In this document: positions 36,329 to 49,100 of the stretch, piece by piece
Layout: each line of letters opens with the position of its first letter
Numbering within the stretch: the first letter of the stretch is position 1
From: Chara braunii
Taxonomy: Eukaryota; Plantae; Charophyceae
Length of the DNA stretch: 59,358 nt
NCBI GenBank assembly: GCA_003427395.1
Contig: BFEA01000028.1
Span: 456,291-515,648 of the forward strand
Direction: 5' to 3'
Made by a program: the position numbers and the translations under genes
Notes under the pieces: model-generated
Seen by the model: the letters and a program-made list of their open reading frames with translations, nothing else
The model's database searches: none
Told to the model about the DNA's origin: nothing

Positions 36329-37231
36329 GACAAAAAAAAGCCCTCCAGTGCTAGTGGTGCTGGTAAAAGCAGACACCACTAGCACCTAGAGGGGTGCTCC
36401 ATCTATTGGTGGGGAGCATCACCTGCTGGAAAACAGGTCCAGCGTCCCATATACAGAATGAAATTGGAGGCTATCAGGAAAGAGGTTTGACAGACGCCTG
36501 CCAGCATTGATTGCTCTGGAATCCAGAGGATTGGCTGAGCAGGTTAAAGGAAAGCAAGGGGGGAGAGAACCTCTTCGCCCTGTATCATGTGCCGAGTACC
36601 TGCTTTTACACCCTAGTTCCTCCCTCCCCCAGTCATTTGAACCATAAAAACCATCCCATTATTGTAGAACATTGTAGAAAACGTTTTAGCCTTGGTTTGC
36701 CTGCCAGAAGCTGCTCATCCCTTGAACCCTCTTTGTAGTATCTCATCTCCACAGCCTGCCATTTCGATCGCTGTCTGTGGTCCTCCTTATTCAGCTGAGT
36801 CCTTATGTACTTCCGGTGAGGCGGGCTAGGTATTAATGGCCGTTATCCGGGGGGCACCGGGATTCGGCCACAGTTCCTATGTCAGTACTTCCATTACTAG
36901 GGAGAGGGCATGGGTTGGGAAAGGATCAGCTGAGGGAAGTATGACGGGGGGGCGAAGGGGGAAAGAGGGTTCGATATGAGTCCAGTCCTTCAAAACCAGA
37001 CTGTAATCCCTTGCCCCTTCCAGAACTTGATTACTGTCTGGGTCGCCTCTACTCCATTCCACTTTTGCTATCCACCCTCCCCTATCCCCGCCTAACTATT
37101 CCTTACAGAAGTTAGTGATTTCCCATTTCACATCCTCGATCTGTTGGTAAAGGTCCAGTTGGGGCTTCAGGGTATTAAGCCATCTGCGCTCCAGTTCTAG
37201 CTGGACTTGCTGTTGGATTTGTTCTGTGATC
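36293..37231 (-). mobile_element. LINE 3' portion with structured 3' UTR and poly(A)
   Basis: Poly(T) at 36293-36327, then the reverse complement of the three-hairpin UTR seen at 30054-30154. Confidence 0.65.
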
Positions 37232-37232
37232 T

Positions 37233-37266
<34 letters not shown>

Positions 37267-38200
37267 ATTATTATTATTATTATTATTTTTACACAAAACA
37301 GGCCCAGTGCCCAAGGCTGATATTACCAAATTGAATAAGAAGATTGAGGCCGGGGTCCGGACAGTCTACCCGGAGAAACCGAACCAAACAAGCTGAGAAC
37401 CGGGCTCAGCGTCCCTCCTATGATTATGATTATGCTGATGATGATCTCTGCTCCCTCTACACATTTTTTCCATGATCAATAGGCATCGCTGCCACCATAA
37501 TGCCCATAGTATCGCTCACCTCCCCAGCCTATACATGTTCTCTGTGAAAGCCGTTCCCTCCTGCATTGGCCAGTGTCCCACCAGAATCGCCTGCCAGGAC
37601 CAAGGCCAGGGACTTTCTATGCCAATTTTCCTCCACACCCGATCCCACCATCTCCATGTGAACTGTGCGACCGGGCACTGCATGAAAATGTGTTCTATTG
37701 TTTCGGCCTTCTTGCAGGCTGGAAAATGCCTTAGACGCCGGAGACACCAGGGCGATGCTTGCCCTTTCTCTTTCAAGTTGGTGTGGTCTACCAACCAATC
37801 GTTGGTTGGCAAACAACGGACCGGTGTGCTATTTGCCACTCCAGCAAGGTGACCTTGGCCGGTTTGAACTTCCGGTCTTGGAACCACTTAATTGGTGCGA
37901 GTTGACGGTGATCCACATCGAGGTTTTTGGCCCATCGGTCAATGATCACATCTCTTAGATTGCGCTTGGGCCTCAGCATTCGGTATGTATACTTTACTGA
38001 CAATCTATGTAAGCTAATCTAATCCGTTTCGCTGGGGCGGGCAGGTGACCTTTGTCGGGTTACCCACTGCCATTCCAGCCGGTCAAAAGTCAATTCATGG
38101 ATGTTTTTTCTGTGGCTGGACGACCGTATATTCCCTCCCATCCTCTAGGACCCTAACTCGGTATAAGGCATCTCCGTCCGGCCATTCAAAGGGAGCTTAA
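37232..38200 (-). mobile_element. L1/Tx1-type LINE 3' end with zf-RVT domain
   Basis: LLEWQIAHR..LPTNDWL..C..CKKAETIEHIFMQCPVAQFTWRWW..AILWALWWQRC, followed by a hairpin and a (TAA)n/(CA)n/poly(A) tail. Confidence 0.85.
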
Positions 38201-38912
38201 CTGCCCTGATCACTTGTATTTCCAAAATTACAACCAGCTTGAAGTTCTATACTTGAAACAGGTGCCGCGTTAATCAGCCCACTCCGGTCCACGGATCTTT
38301 CGCTTTTTTTTTTTTTTTTCCTACTAATCGACCTCTACCTTTCCTAGGCAAACTTTGTCGTCGAATTTGACCGGCAGCACATTTTTCAGATGAACGGTGC
38401 TACAGCCTACCGGACCAACATCATGGTTGATGGTGCCGATCACGAAAGAAAAGAAAACATACCGCTGGCAGTTCTTTCGTTTTTTGTGCACATTCGATAT
38501 CCGCGTCGGGAAAAGGAGGCTTGGAGGTAGTGGTGGTTTAAAAAAGGCAATTGTATGATCAACTGGAAACCGGGTCCAGCATCCCTTACAATCTCAATGC
38601 TTATGCAATGTTGCCCCCTCCATTAGCGTTGAGGGACCCTGAGACACAGGCATTGATTACGTTCCGTCCGGGAAGGATGTACCCCCCCTCGCCCCTGTTC
38701 CACTATAATTACGCTTGATGGTCTTTAACCTGAACTTTTTTTTTAACTACTCGTACCCTCATAGCCACCCTATTTTTATTCGTCTGGACTACCGCGAGCC
38801 AGGTTTTTCTTATCCCCAAAATTTTGTCTTTCAGTCCCTGCACTCAGGGTTGGAAGATGTATCCATCCATCCCTACACGAGGATAGTCATCCTTCTATTT
38901 AATATTTATTTG

Positions 38913-38982
38913 AAAACTTTTGGACCATTTTTTGGATTTATGCATGTCATCCTTGTGCATGGGTCCATGCTCATCTTCTATC
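38913..38982 (-). pseudogene. U6: U6 snRNA 3'-half fragment extending to the U6 3' end
   Basis: Minus strand gatagaagatgagcatggacccatgcacaaggatgacatgcataaatccaaaaaatggtccaaaagtttt. Confidence 0.85.
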
Positions 38983-39036
38983 CTTGACGCGAATAGTCAA
39001 ACTGAAAAGATATATGAAATGTTACAGCAAACCCTA

Positions 39037-39145
39037 CAGTCGTCCCCTGAATACAACGCACGGTCATTATAGCTATTGTATTTGAGGCATCTTTCAGTCT
39101 AGATACCGCTATAATGACCGTACGTTGTATTCGGGGGGAAGACTG
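39037..39145. mobile_element. Second copy of the Tc1/mariner-type MITE, TA TSD
   Basis: Same TIRs as 13692-13796, with the spacer in the opposite orientation. Confidence 0.9.
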
Positions 39146-40635
39146 TAGGTATGTGTATTAGACCTGACCCTAGATAGATAGCAAATTGCCAAGAAAGATT
39201 TGCGTGCAAACAATTGCCTCCGGGAGCAAGCGCTTATGACAATTCAAAACCCCTCTCCACCCGCACGGGTGGGGGGGCCAGACAACTGCCAAAGGAAGCA
39301 AGCGCTTAATATATTACAAATCATTGCACCGGTCAACGGGGCGAACACCTACTGAGCTTCACAAGGGGTGCAATCCCGAAAGACCCGTAGACTGTCTTAA
39401 TCCTGATTAGATCTAAAGGCTGTCACGCAGAACACGAGAGTCTGTGCTCAGATATGAGAAAGACCTTGAGGGAGTGTAGTTCGAGAAGATAACGAGTGAA
39501 CAAAGCCAACGAGCATCGAACCCCATCACCACTCTCTGGACTCCGAGACAATTTGGTCTGCAGTGGGTCAAGTCTGAAAATGTTTATGCCAGAAGACTCT
39601 GCGCAGATATAATTTATGAGAAACTGCTACCCGCATAACGAGTGTCATGGGAAGTCTTAGATATAGTAGTGGGAGATGCTGACAGTTCATCGTATGTCAT
39701 AGATGTGCCTCCCCATTTACGAGCTGACCCTGTGGAAGCAACTGCCTGTATATCGTATGATCGTGCATGTCAGACACAACATTCCCCTCACGCAAATCCA
39801 TGATTCCACCTCATAATATGGAGATCTGTATATGATATACACCACATAGTTGATCAAGATACATATAGATCAGGGAGAAGGGGACGGTCAAAGAGGCAAT
39901 ACAAGGTTCAATTTCAGTATTGGGGACTAGAGGATCACAGATGATTCTTGGACGTTGAATTGAGTTACACTGCCCCTTGACTACTTTTTTTTATTATGAG
40001 CAAGCGCAGAGCGGTATGAGGAAGCGCAGAGGGGTGTGAGCAAGCGCAGACTCGCAGAGGGGTATCTATATCTCCGACAGGGAACAAAAGTCTGAGATTT
40101 AGTCTGAGGATCCTCTGAGAAAAGGGGCAGTCTAATTCAATTCAGACTGACCCCAATTGAATTTAGGCCAACGAGAGACGGAAGTGAATGGATTACGTGA
40201 GAGGTGGGATCCGCACCCAATCCCGTTCTCAAGGTTTCAACTCCCGTGTACCATGATTGGCTGAGTTTAGCCTGTGGGCCAGTAGGCTGCTGGTCTAGTC
40301 CAGTCCCGTATCGTCCAGTGCAGTCCTGTAAGCGGCCCAAGTCCCACGAAAAACGATGAACATTCCAAATGTGTCAAAGGCTGAGTGCGGCAACGGAAGC
40401 ATCGAATACAAAAGTCCGACAGCAGTGAGCTTTAAAATATGTTTTCTACTCTTGTCTAATGCAGAAGTGTTGCTGTGGACTTGTGCGGCCAAACATCGAG
40501 TGAGGATGGAGTATCGAAGCAATGAGTTGTAGTCGGTCGACGCTAGGCACCATAGGTGTAGTAGAGCCAGCGTGTGAGTGAGGAAGACATTCACCGAGGA
40601 AAAGAGGCCATTCAGAGAGGAAAAGAGGTCTGACG

Positions 40636-40681
<46 letters not shown>

Positions 40682-41296
40682 AGGCCTTCACATTCCCCAC
40701 TGAGGGGAGCTCCACCAGATGGTGCAACTGTCCCAACGGTTGATGATAACGAAAGATACAAGCAACTGCTTCCAGTCAAGGCCAACATCCTACGATAGCA
40801 GCACTGAAGTGCAACAAGAAAGGCATGAGCCGACGTCTTCAACCTGCTTTCTCAGCACACCAGATGATGACTCTTACCTTCTCTGAACTTGTGCTCTGTT
40901 ACAGCAAACAGACTTTTGAAGCGCACATGTCATTTCCGCCTGACAGCATCAGATCTCTTGGGCGCTTTATCTGGGCCGGCAGGTAGTGCCTTACATCCTA
41001 TCCAGGATCGTGCTTTGCCTGACTCCATAGACTGTATCCGCTTTCAGCACCGGGATAACCGTCTCGAGTGATCAAGACCTCTGTACCCCCTGCTCCATAT
41101 CAAACCAGAACGTTGTCTCCATTTCCAACCTGGGGCGAATAACTCATCGAAGCTTCGGTTGGTGTCCCGTTTCCTTCTATCATTGAAAATAATTGACATG
41201 GGCTGATCCTGCGAGGGGATCGGATGACCTTTGTAACCTACCTTGCGCACATTTTTCTGGACTAGCTCATTGTTTGTTTCTTTCTTTTGTCTTTTT

Positions 41297-41354
<58 letters not shown>

Positions 41355-41365
41355 NNNNNNNNNNN

Positions 41366-41440
<75 letters not shown>

Positions 41441-42249
41441 CATATGATCTTGAGTGACAATGGGTAGTGGTGGGGTCTAATTTTGTCTTGTTTTTCAGTG
41501 TATTCGCTTCCCAAGTTGTCAAGGGATTGTTTGCTGCGAAAGTGGGATAGTGGGGGCAGGAGTTGCCCCTTTTCCCAGGGTGGTTGCTATCCTTATTGTC
41601 TTGATCAAAGAGGTGGGAGTACTCTATAGCCACCAAAGGGGAGGGAGAGTGGTCACTGTCATCATCAGCAAAGAGGAGGAGAAGGTTCCCATATGGGTCT
41701 AAACAAGGTGGGCTCCATAACTGCTAAGGAGAACGAAGATCACCTTTGTGAAAGAGGTGGTCCTTCAAAAAGCCACCAAGGAGGAAGGACCCTTCGCAAC
41801 CACTTTAAGAGAGCAGGGTGCCACCGTGGCGAAGGAAGGAGGAAAATGGGGGACTTGACCGTAGCCATAGCCAAGGAAGGAGGAGAGGAGAAGCAATAGT
41901 CGACTCAGCCCTTGCGCAGGAAGGGAGGTAGAGCATAGCCGCGTCCGAAGAGGGAGGAGTGATATGGGTTCGTGTGCTCGACCTCTCTGTGGGAACTTCG
42001 TCAATAATTCTTTTTGAGGTTAGTAGACTCAGCCTCCTTAGACTCAGCCTCCTCACTCCATAAATGTGAACCCACCCTGTTTGACCGTTGTCCAGACTAA
42101 ATGGCAAAAGAAGACTACCGTCTTCAGCCGAATAGAACGCCCGGTCATATTATCGCTGCATCTGGACTGAAAGTTGCCCAAAGTATAGCAATAATGATCG
42201 GGCGTTCTATTCGGGTGAAGACGGTAGGAAGGTACACTGACTGAACAAG

Positions 42250-42512
42250 CAAGAATAGGGAGCCCACTAGCAGGTTCTGCAGCAGGTACAGTTAATACGA
42301 ATACAGCAAGTAATTGACCCATCATGTCATCTAGATAAATAGAAAATGCTATAAAGTTCAAATTGACGGCAAGTAATACTACGGGCATACTCACCCTAGG
42401 ACTTTTTCAAGTGAATCTGACNGCAATCATGGCCTGACCGGACGAATCTGACGGCAACCACGTCCAGGAGCTTAGTTGAAAAAAGTCCTAGTGTGAGTAT
42501 GTCCTAACTCAA
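42250..42512 (-). pseudogene. nad4L: NUMT: mitochondrial nad4L fragment interrupted by a MITE
   Basis: EL|[43 protein letters not shown]. Confidence 0.88.
42383..42504. mobile_element. Tourist/Harbinger-like MITE (~27-bp TIR, TAA-like 3-bp TSD)
   Basis: GGGCATACTCACCCTAGGACTTTTTCAA ... TTGAAAAAAGTCCTAGTGTGAGTATGTCC, flanked by TAC/TAA. Confidence 0.75.
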
Positions 42513-43532
42513 GTTCAGTCTCCCTTTGAGTCGGTGAAACTCTGAGGAAACAGTTTGTCACAGCCCCTCGTTTGTTGTCCTCTTCTCCCTTTCTCCCTCT
42601 CTNCCTACGATTTACCGTAGGCAGCTCTGTTTGACTGTATAATAAGGTTATTCTTTCTATTTAAAAACATTCCTCTCTTATGTATATTTTCATCATATTG
42701 ACTTGTATTGAATCTATCTAACGAACATATCTTGTATGCAGATGTGTGTCTCCCTTATACCCTTCTTTTCCTTTCTTGAGGGGTGTGCATAAATCATGGG
42801 TCTGAAATTNCTCTCAATGGGACCGCCATTATCCTCTCTTTGCTTTCTCCCTTACGCCCTTCTTTCCCTCCTCTCCTTCTCATTCATAACTCCCTTTCTG
42901 TTGCTCGTGCTTAAGTATTGAAGATCCCCGTTCTCCATAGATATTGCCAGTTGAACGAACTGTATTTAGACAGAATAACCTCTCTATACAGAATGAATAT
43001 AACTTATAAAAAGTTAAAGTTTCCTTGACCCTCAAACTGTGAGGGGTCATGAGNATTGACTTNTTTCCCTCTTCTCAACCTCCACCTCCTATATCTATTG
43101 CCATTTGTCCATATCTTAGAGTCTTCCACTTCCAATAGCTTAAGTAGCTATGGAAGTTTGAAACCTAAGCAAGGGGACCAGCATGGGAACTTCAAAGTTG
43201 TAGGGTTTTATGTTTCCGGCATTTGATTTGGCGGTGGGATGCGCGGATGTGGATAAATCTTGCGATAACAATTCATCCCGTTATCTTGGAACGATTTCAA
43301 TGTTGGTACAAGCCCGATCCTGTGGAGGTAGGTAGGCTGATCTCTGTGTTCAAAGTATAGGTGTGAGCGAGGGAACAAAATAGTATACTGTCGAACCTTT
43401 AAAAAAGGGAGATAAAACTTTGAGCACCCCATGCAGAAGGGACTCTTTCCATACTTGCAGTGTACCGGCTCAATGCGCCGTGTTCAGATTAATGGTCCGT
43501 GGGAAACAAACAAACAAACAAACAAACAGGGC

Positions 43533-43624
<92 letters not shown>

Positions 43625-43632
43625 TCCCTGTG

Positions 43633-44320
43633 TGTGTGTGCGTGTATGTGCGCGCGTGTTTTCATTGTGACATAAAACTTCTGCAGCCGTGCCACGGCAT
43701 TTTGCGTCAAAAAGCGTGGGTATAACAACACTTGAAAATGAGCCCGTGTGTGTGTGCGCACGTGTTTTCATTGTGACATAAAACTTCTGCAGCCGTGCCA
43801 CGACCTGTTGCGTCAAAAAGCGTGGGTATAACAACACTTGAAAATGAGCCCACAACCTGGTATGCCCATGAGACGAATGCCCAAAAAGTCATGCAAAACC
43901 AAGAAACGCAACAGACCACAAACGAAGAGCAGCAAGCCAAATGGCAACGAGCCAAAAGGCAGAATGTGAGAAAGACATTAAAGCCAAGGGCGGAAAGCAG
44001 CAAAGCATCGAACGAGCAGCGGACAGCAAGAGACAAAGGTTGGAGGGCATGGGGGAGGAGGGTGGGCAGACAAACAACACAAAGCAGCAAGGCATGAAAG
44101 ACAGTGAAGCAAAAGACATAGGCTGGAGGGCATGGAGGGACAAAGGTTGGAGAGCATGGAAGGGCAAAGATTGGAGGGCATGGGGGAGGCAGGCGGGCAG
44201 ATAAACAACACAAAGCAGCAGGCATGAAAGACTGTGAAGCAAAAGATATAGGCTGGAGGGCATGGAGAGATTAAGGTTGAAAGGGCATGCAACTTGATGC
44301 AAGGGACAAAGGTTGGAGTC
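43633..44320. repeat. Tandem repeats (~105 bp x2, then ~130 bp x2 with GGTTGGAGGGCATGG subunits)
   Basis: Duplicated gtgttttcattgtgacataaaacttctgcagccgtgccacg..gaaaatgagccc and ggcatgaaagac.gtgaagcaaaaga.ataggctggagggcatgg. Confidence 0.75.
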
Positions 44321-45615
44321 GGGCGGTCAGTTTCTTCTCATCCCAGCCATGCCATCCCCCATTGATGGGCAGGATGCCAAACCAAGCTTGAAGTTATGGG
44401 TTGCCGAAACTTTTATGATGAGTTCGACATCCATGGAATAGCGGGTGACCAGTGCTATGATGAAATGGACGTCCGTGACGCAGACAGAGCGAGCTATTGC
44501 AAGCTGTTGCAGACCACATCTTGCAACAGCTGAACACCCTTACTTTGCGTCAGGCCTCGTCGCCGCCTCCCCATAGAGAGGAAACATTAGATACGCAAAC
44601 CCAAGAAACCCGTTCAATGTAGCACGATGATGGCCCGCCCGAGATCCGGCTAGCATGTGATTGGCAGGCCTTTTGTCGTGAGGCTTATGAAGGTATAACC
44701 AGTGCAAGTTGTGTTTTCATGCAGATGACGACAGTCGACATTGTGCTCATGTACGACACGGTGACCCTGATATGGCATGACCTATTTGTAGACACAGGTT
44801 GGAACGACAATGCCTAAACAATGACACTTGGCACGTCTCTATGTTGCTAACACGTAGGAGCCGCGTAGCCTGTGATATCCGTCCTTGCCATCCCTTTCGA
44901 GGCCTCAGTCCGCACGCAAAGCGGTCCTGTCCGGTTTGTTGGGGTGGCCACTTACCATAGGCAAGGCCTGCTCCTCATATCAAAATTCTTGTAACCCAAA
45001 CACTGGCTGCATATAATGCCAATGTATAGTAGTCTGCTCTGGTGGTGTGTACTGAGAAACCCTTTCTTCTGTTTTGAGCTTCTCCCGGTCCCCGTTTCTC
45101 TCCTTCCTCTGTCTCCTTCTGTGGTACCACTAAATGCATTCAAAACTGCAAATGAGCATCACGAAGAGAACTACTACAGACAAAAGACAAGCTGAAGATC
45201 TGCTGAAAGTTGAATAGGAGTATTCCACCCCTTTTACTCTGCGGCGCCTGCGCCCTTGTATAGCGTGCAAGTGAGTTATTATGGCACATGGGGATCTAGG
45301 TAGCTTACCCTCAACCACAACCAACTTGCAAGACTTGTACATCAGAGGGTCCGAACAGTAAAAGGGGAGCTTCAAGAAGAAATACAAGGGGTGCCCCAAA
45401 GAAAGCCGAGGTATAGATAGTGAAGAAAGGACTGTGCAAGGCGAACTTCACGTGATGCATGTAGTTGTAGAAGTAGCACTGTTACAATCATGATGTTGGA
45501 TTTGCTCATCTTAGTGTGCTTCATTGTCTGCTATATAGAGGATACTATTTTAGTTTGGAATCTACCGATCTGTGGTGACAGTTCTTCCCCCCCCCCAGCA
45601 CACACACAGCGCACG

Positions 45616-45709
<94 letters not shown>

Positions 45710-48700
45710 CTTGATCTACCCTTGTGGATTTCATGACAGGAATGGCGCATTGTTACAACGTCTGCACGTCGGCATTTTACCAACTCCACCTCCTTCTAGT
45801 GGTTGATTTTTTGTCAGTCTCTATTTCATCTGCGATACCGACTTCAAATTAAAATGACTAGATTTCGGTAACGAAAACATGTAATGATTTACTTATACCA
45901 CCTTCTTACATGCCTTGATGGAGGGCTCGTCGAAGGCTGGGCAGATAGGTCGATACTTACTCCTCCTTATGCGTCGGAAGTGCATACTCACAACCAACCT
46001 TTCCTTTTGTGTTCCAACCCCCATGCACCTCCAGCCCGCTTCCCTTGTACTCTCCATGTTCATTGAGTTCAATGTCTTCATCCAGATCACAAAGCCGATA
46101 CCAATTGCTCTCGAAAAAGGTTGTCTCAAGTCCTTTGGGGTACAAAGATGGACACTGAACTCACTTGTCTCCTGGATTTCTATCCAGTGGAGGCAGGACA
46201 AGTCCCGCAGTCATCCCCCATCCGTTTTCTTCCTTTGGAAACCAACCCCTCACTTCGTTCAGGGTAATCTCAATTGCCCCACATGGCTTTCCCAATCCTT
46301 GTTCCCATGTAGTTCTTCAATCAATTTTCACTCCCTTTGATTCCCTTACTATCTAGGTACATTCTTCTCCTCTTTTCACAATCTGTGGAATCCATTCAAA
46401 CCCGCCAAATTGAATCCAGAAATGAATGTGCCCATCCCTTTAGGGGTAGGGCATTCCAACACTGTACAACTGAATGCACACGTCCATCCATACCGTCGAT
46501 GATTGTTTGTTTTTTTTTTTTTTTTTTTTTTTTAAACAAACCCTACCAATGTTAGTGTTGCTGGTAAGAGCAGACACCACTAACACCGTCGATGATTGTA
46601 AAGGATGTCAACCACATTTTGGCACTTTGTCCACACAACCCGTGCACGCCGGTTTCCTTCTCCTGCATTGGCTTGATTACTGCACGCTCCCAACCTTTTT
46701 TCTTACCAGCCTCGCAACAGTTAGTACTTCGTTCTTCTTGATCCTGTCATGGAACTTGATTTTAGCTACGATTATTTTCTACATACTAGGTTCACACGTG
46801 TCGTTGATACTCCGTGATATCATCAATCTTGCCTTAGTCCTGCTCCTCTTCGTTGTTAACGACTTCACCAGTATTTCAGAAAACCAGCTAGACTCTTTCT
46901 CGACAGTTCCACTTGCCTCTTCTTGTTGAACTTCCTGAACAACTCAACCATGTCATCTCTCGTTTTCAGTAACAGAGATGCCTCAGCGCCAGTGATACGT
47001 CGTAGGCTAATCCACCCCCTGTTCTCAAAAAGTCCCTCACACTTCCTGAGGGGTGGAGTGCCCCCGCCGACTCTCACTCTAGTTTCCCCGAACAATCTTC
47101 TCACAACACGCCAGCCATTAGCCCAAGTATCACCCCCTCGGCTCCCTACCGTAATATCGCATTTGCGACGTTGCTTCAAGGGCCTTCACAAACAATCAAC
47201 AATATTAAGTATTCCACCACACCTGACTTGGCTCCCTGATTTCGATTATCAGTCAAACTGAGTTTCTTTCTTCACTCCTACCTCATTATTTCCATCACAC
47301 AACTTCGCCCTATCCTTCTTACCGTCATCTTATTTTTTCGAAGTCAGCCTCACTGCACCATCACTGAATTCGAAGTCAGGTCTGTTTCTATTGTTCTCTA
47401 CCGTCATCTTATTTTTTCCTGGCTTCGAATTCAGTGATGGTGACTGCACCTCGATCAACGCAGCCTTGACGGCCTCCAATTACTTTGTATAGTTGCTTGT
47501 ATATACCAGTAGAGCTACTTATTCATGCACACAACCGAGCCAAATGTATCGCTTCATCTTCCTCTTACCTACCTCCCTCTCACATTCCAATAATGTTCAC
47601 GCCACCTTGCCCATAGATCCCGCTCAATGAGTCCGATATAGACTTGCTTATGCCAATGTGAGATTAGGCGTACACGCAACTTCCCGGTCTATCTAGATCA
47701 AAAGCACCTCTCTCTAGCTCGTCATACCAGTACTTCACAAATTTCTCTCCCCACTTCACCTTACCTGATAGGATTACGCCAGTCGCCCCCAACACTTGTT
47801 CTTCTTCCTTCATCGTACCACCACATGCTATTCTCCTCTCACACGCTTCTTTGGCTATACTCAAACAAAAGTCTCCCTCGCATGATATTGAGCTTAGATA
47901 TCTCATCCGACTCAGAATGCTCTGGCGGCCTAACTGCAGCTTCCTTGACGGTCACTGTGCCCCTCGACCCTCTCGTCTGCGGTTTTGGGGATGCCAACTA
48001 TCGTAGGTGCGATGGGTTGTATGCAACAGCAGCCTTCCTGATCACTAGGCTCTTAATTATCAGGTCTGATTGTTGTACCGAACCTTTTACTGTCGATGCA
48101 CTTATTTCAGCTCCTCAATCGTAAGGGTGTCATAAAAGTCTCGATACTCTTGCCCATACTTCTCCTTCCCGCATGGTCCACATGATGTCATGGTGTGTTC
48201 CAATGGACCGTCAATCGTCTTTGGTTCCTCCGACGTCCTGACTTCTGATTTCATCGTATTTCGGATTTCCTTGATTCTCTTCCTAGCTTCTTCTGCCAGT
48301 CTCCTAGTAGCTCGTTTCTCTGGAGTAACCAACGGGGACTGTTCTCAACTGCCATGTCAAGTCTCCTCTTCCGTTTTTCACTGATCTCCAGTCTTGTCGC
48401 TCTCCTCCGTAGCAGCTTTAGCTTCATATCGTTGGTCTTGTCATCCTCGTTTCTCTATTTCCTTGCAATAACATACAAGTGTTCCTTCTCCTCTTGAACT
48501 GTTTCTCCTTTTTCATGCATCCTCACTACTTGTCTAGCTTCCAAGTGCACCGTGCATGGTAGTCATTTTTACATCCCTTCCCAGTTCACTTGTGATGATC
48601 CTAAGGAGTTGCGTGTCTCACTCTGCTTCCAAATGTTGTCACTCTTCCTGCTTTAGTAATCGTTTTCGTTCCTTTTTTGATTTCTCCTCTTCTTCCCTCC

Positions 48701-49100
48701 TGCTTTTCTCTACTTCCTTTCTCTTGTTGCACTTTCCTTTCCAATGCCTTCTGTATCAAGTACTTCCTCAGCGCGATGGTGTCATCCACATCCTTACTTG
48801 TCGTTCCACTATCTACAGACTTGCTCCACTGCACATTCTCCTCAGTAGTCGCACACCTTTTGTTCTTCACGTCAAGGAAGTATATGGCGAAGGAATGGAA
48901 GGCACCACTCGTACCCTTGCCTGCCAATAGTTCGTGCAGTCATAGATAAAATGGGCCCCTTTTCCACATTTATAGCATTTTCGTCCATCTCCAAATCTCG
49001 ACAAGCTTTCCTCCAACCCACTCTCACCCCCACTTCCATTGCCCATCAATCACTTTAAATCACTTCCAGCCGCCAGCCCCTCACTACGCCACTCACCTTC
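45710..49100 (-). mobile_element. Degraded PLE with N-terminal CCHC knuckle and GIY-YIG endonuclease upstream of RT (Chlamys-like order)
   Basis: CYKCGKGAHFIYDC (~48930-48985); CVYA/LISHWHKQVYIGLIERDLWARWREH (~47585-47685, one frameshift); SKYRPICPAFDEPS (RT motif 2 region, ~45900-45970). Confidence 0.75.
46507..46584 (-). mobile_element. 78-bp 5'-truncated LINE insertion (terminal hairpin plus poly(A)) with 15-bp TSD
   Basis: TSD ACCGTCGATGATTGT at 46492-46506 and 46585-46599. The insert is homologous to 36330-36385. Confidence 0.9.

Noticed and set aside
40700-41260. Retrotransposon RNase H/integrase remnant
   Set aside because: Motifs are too degraded to support a call.
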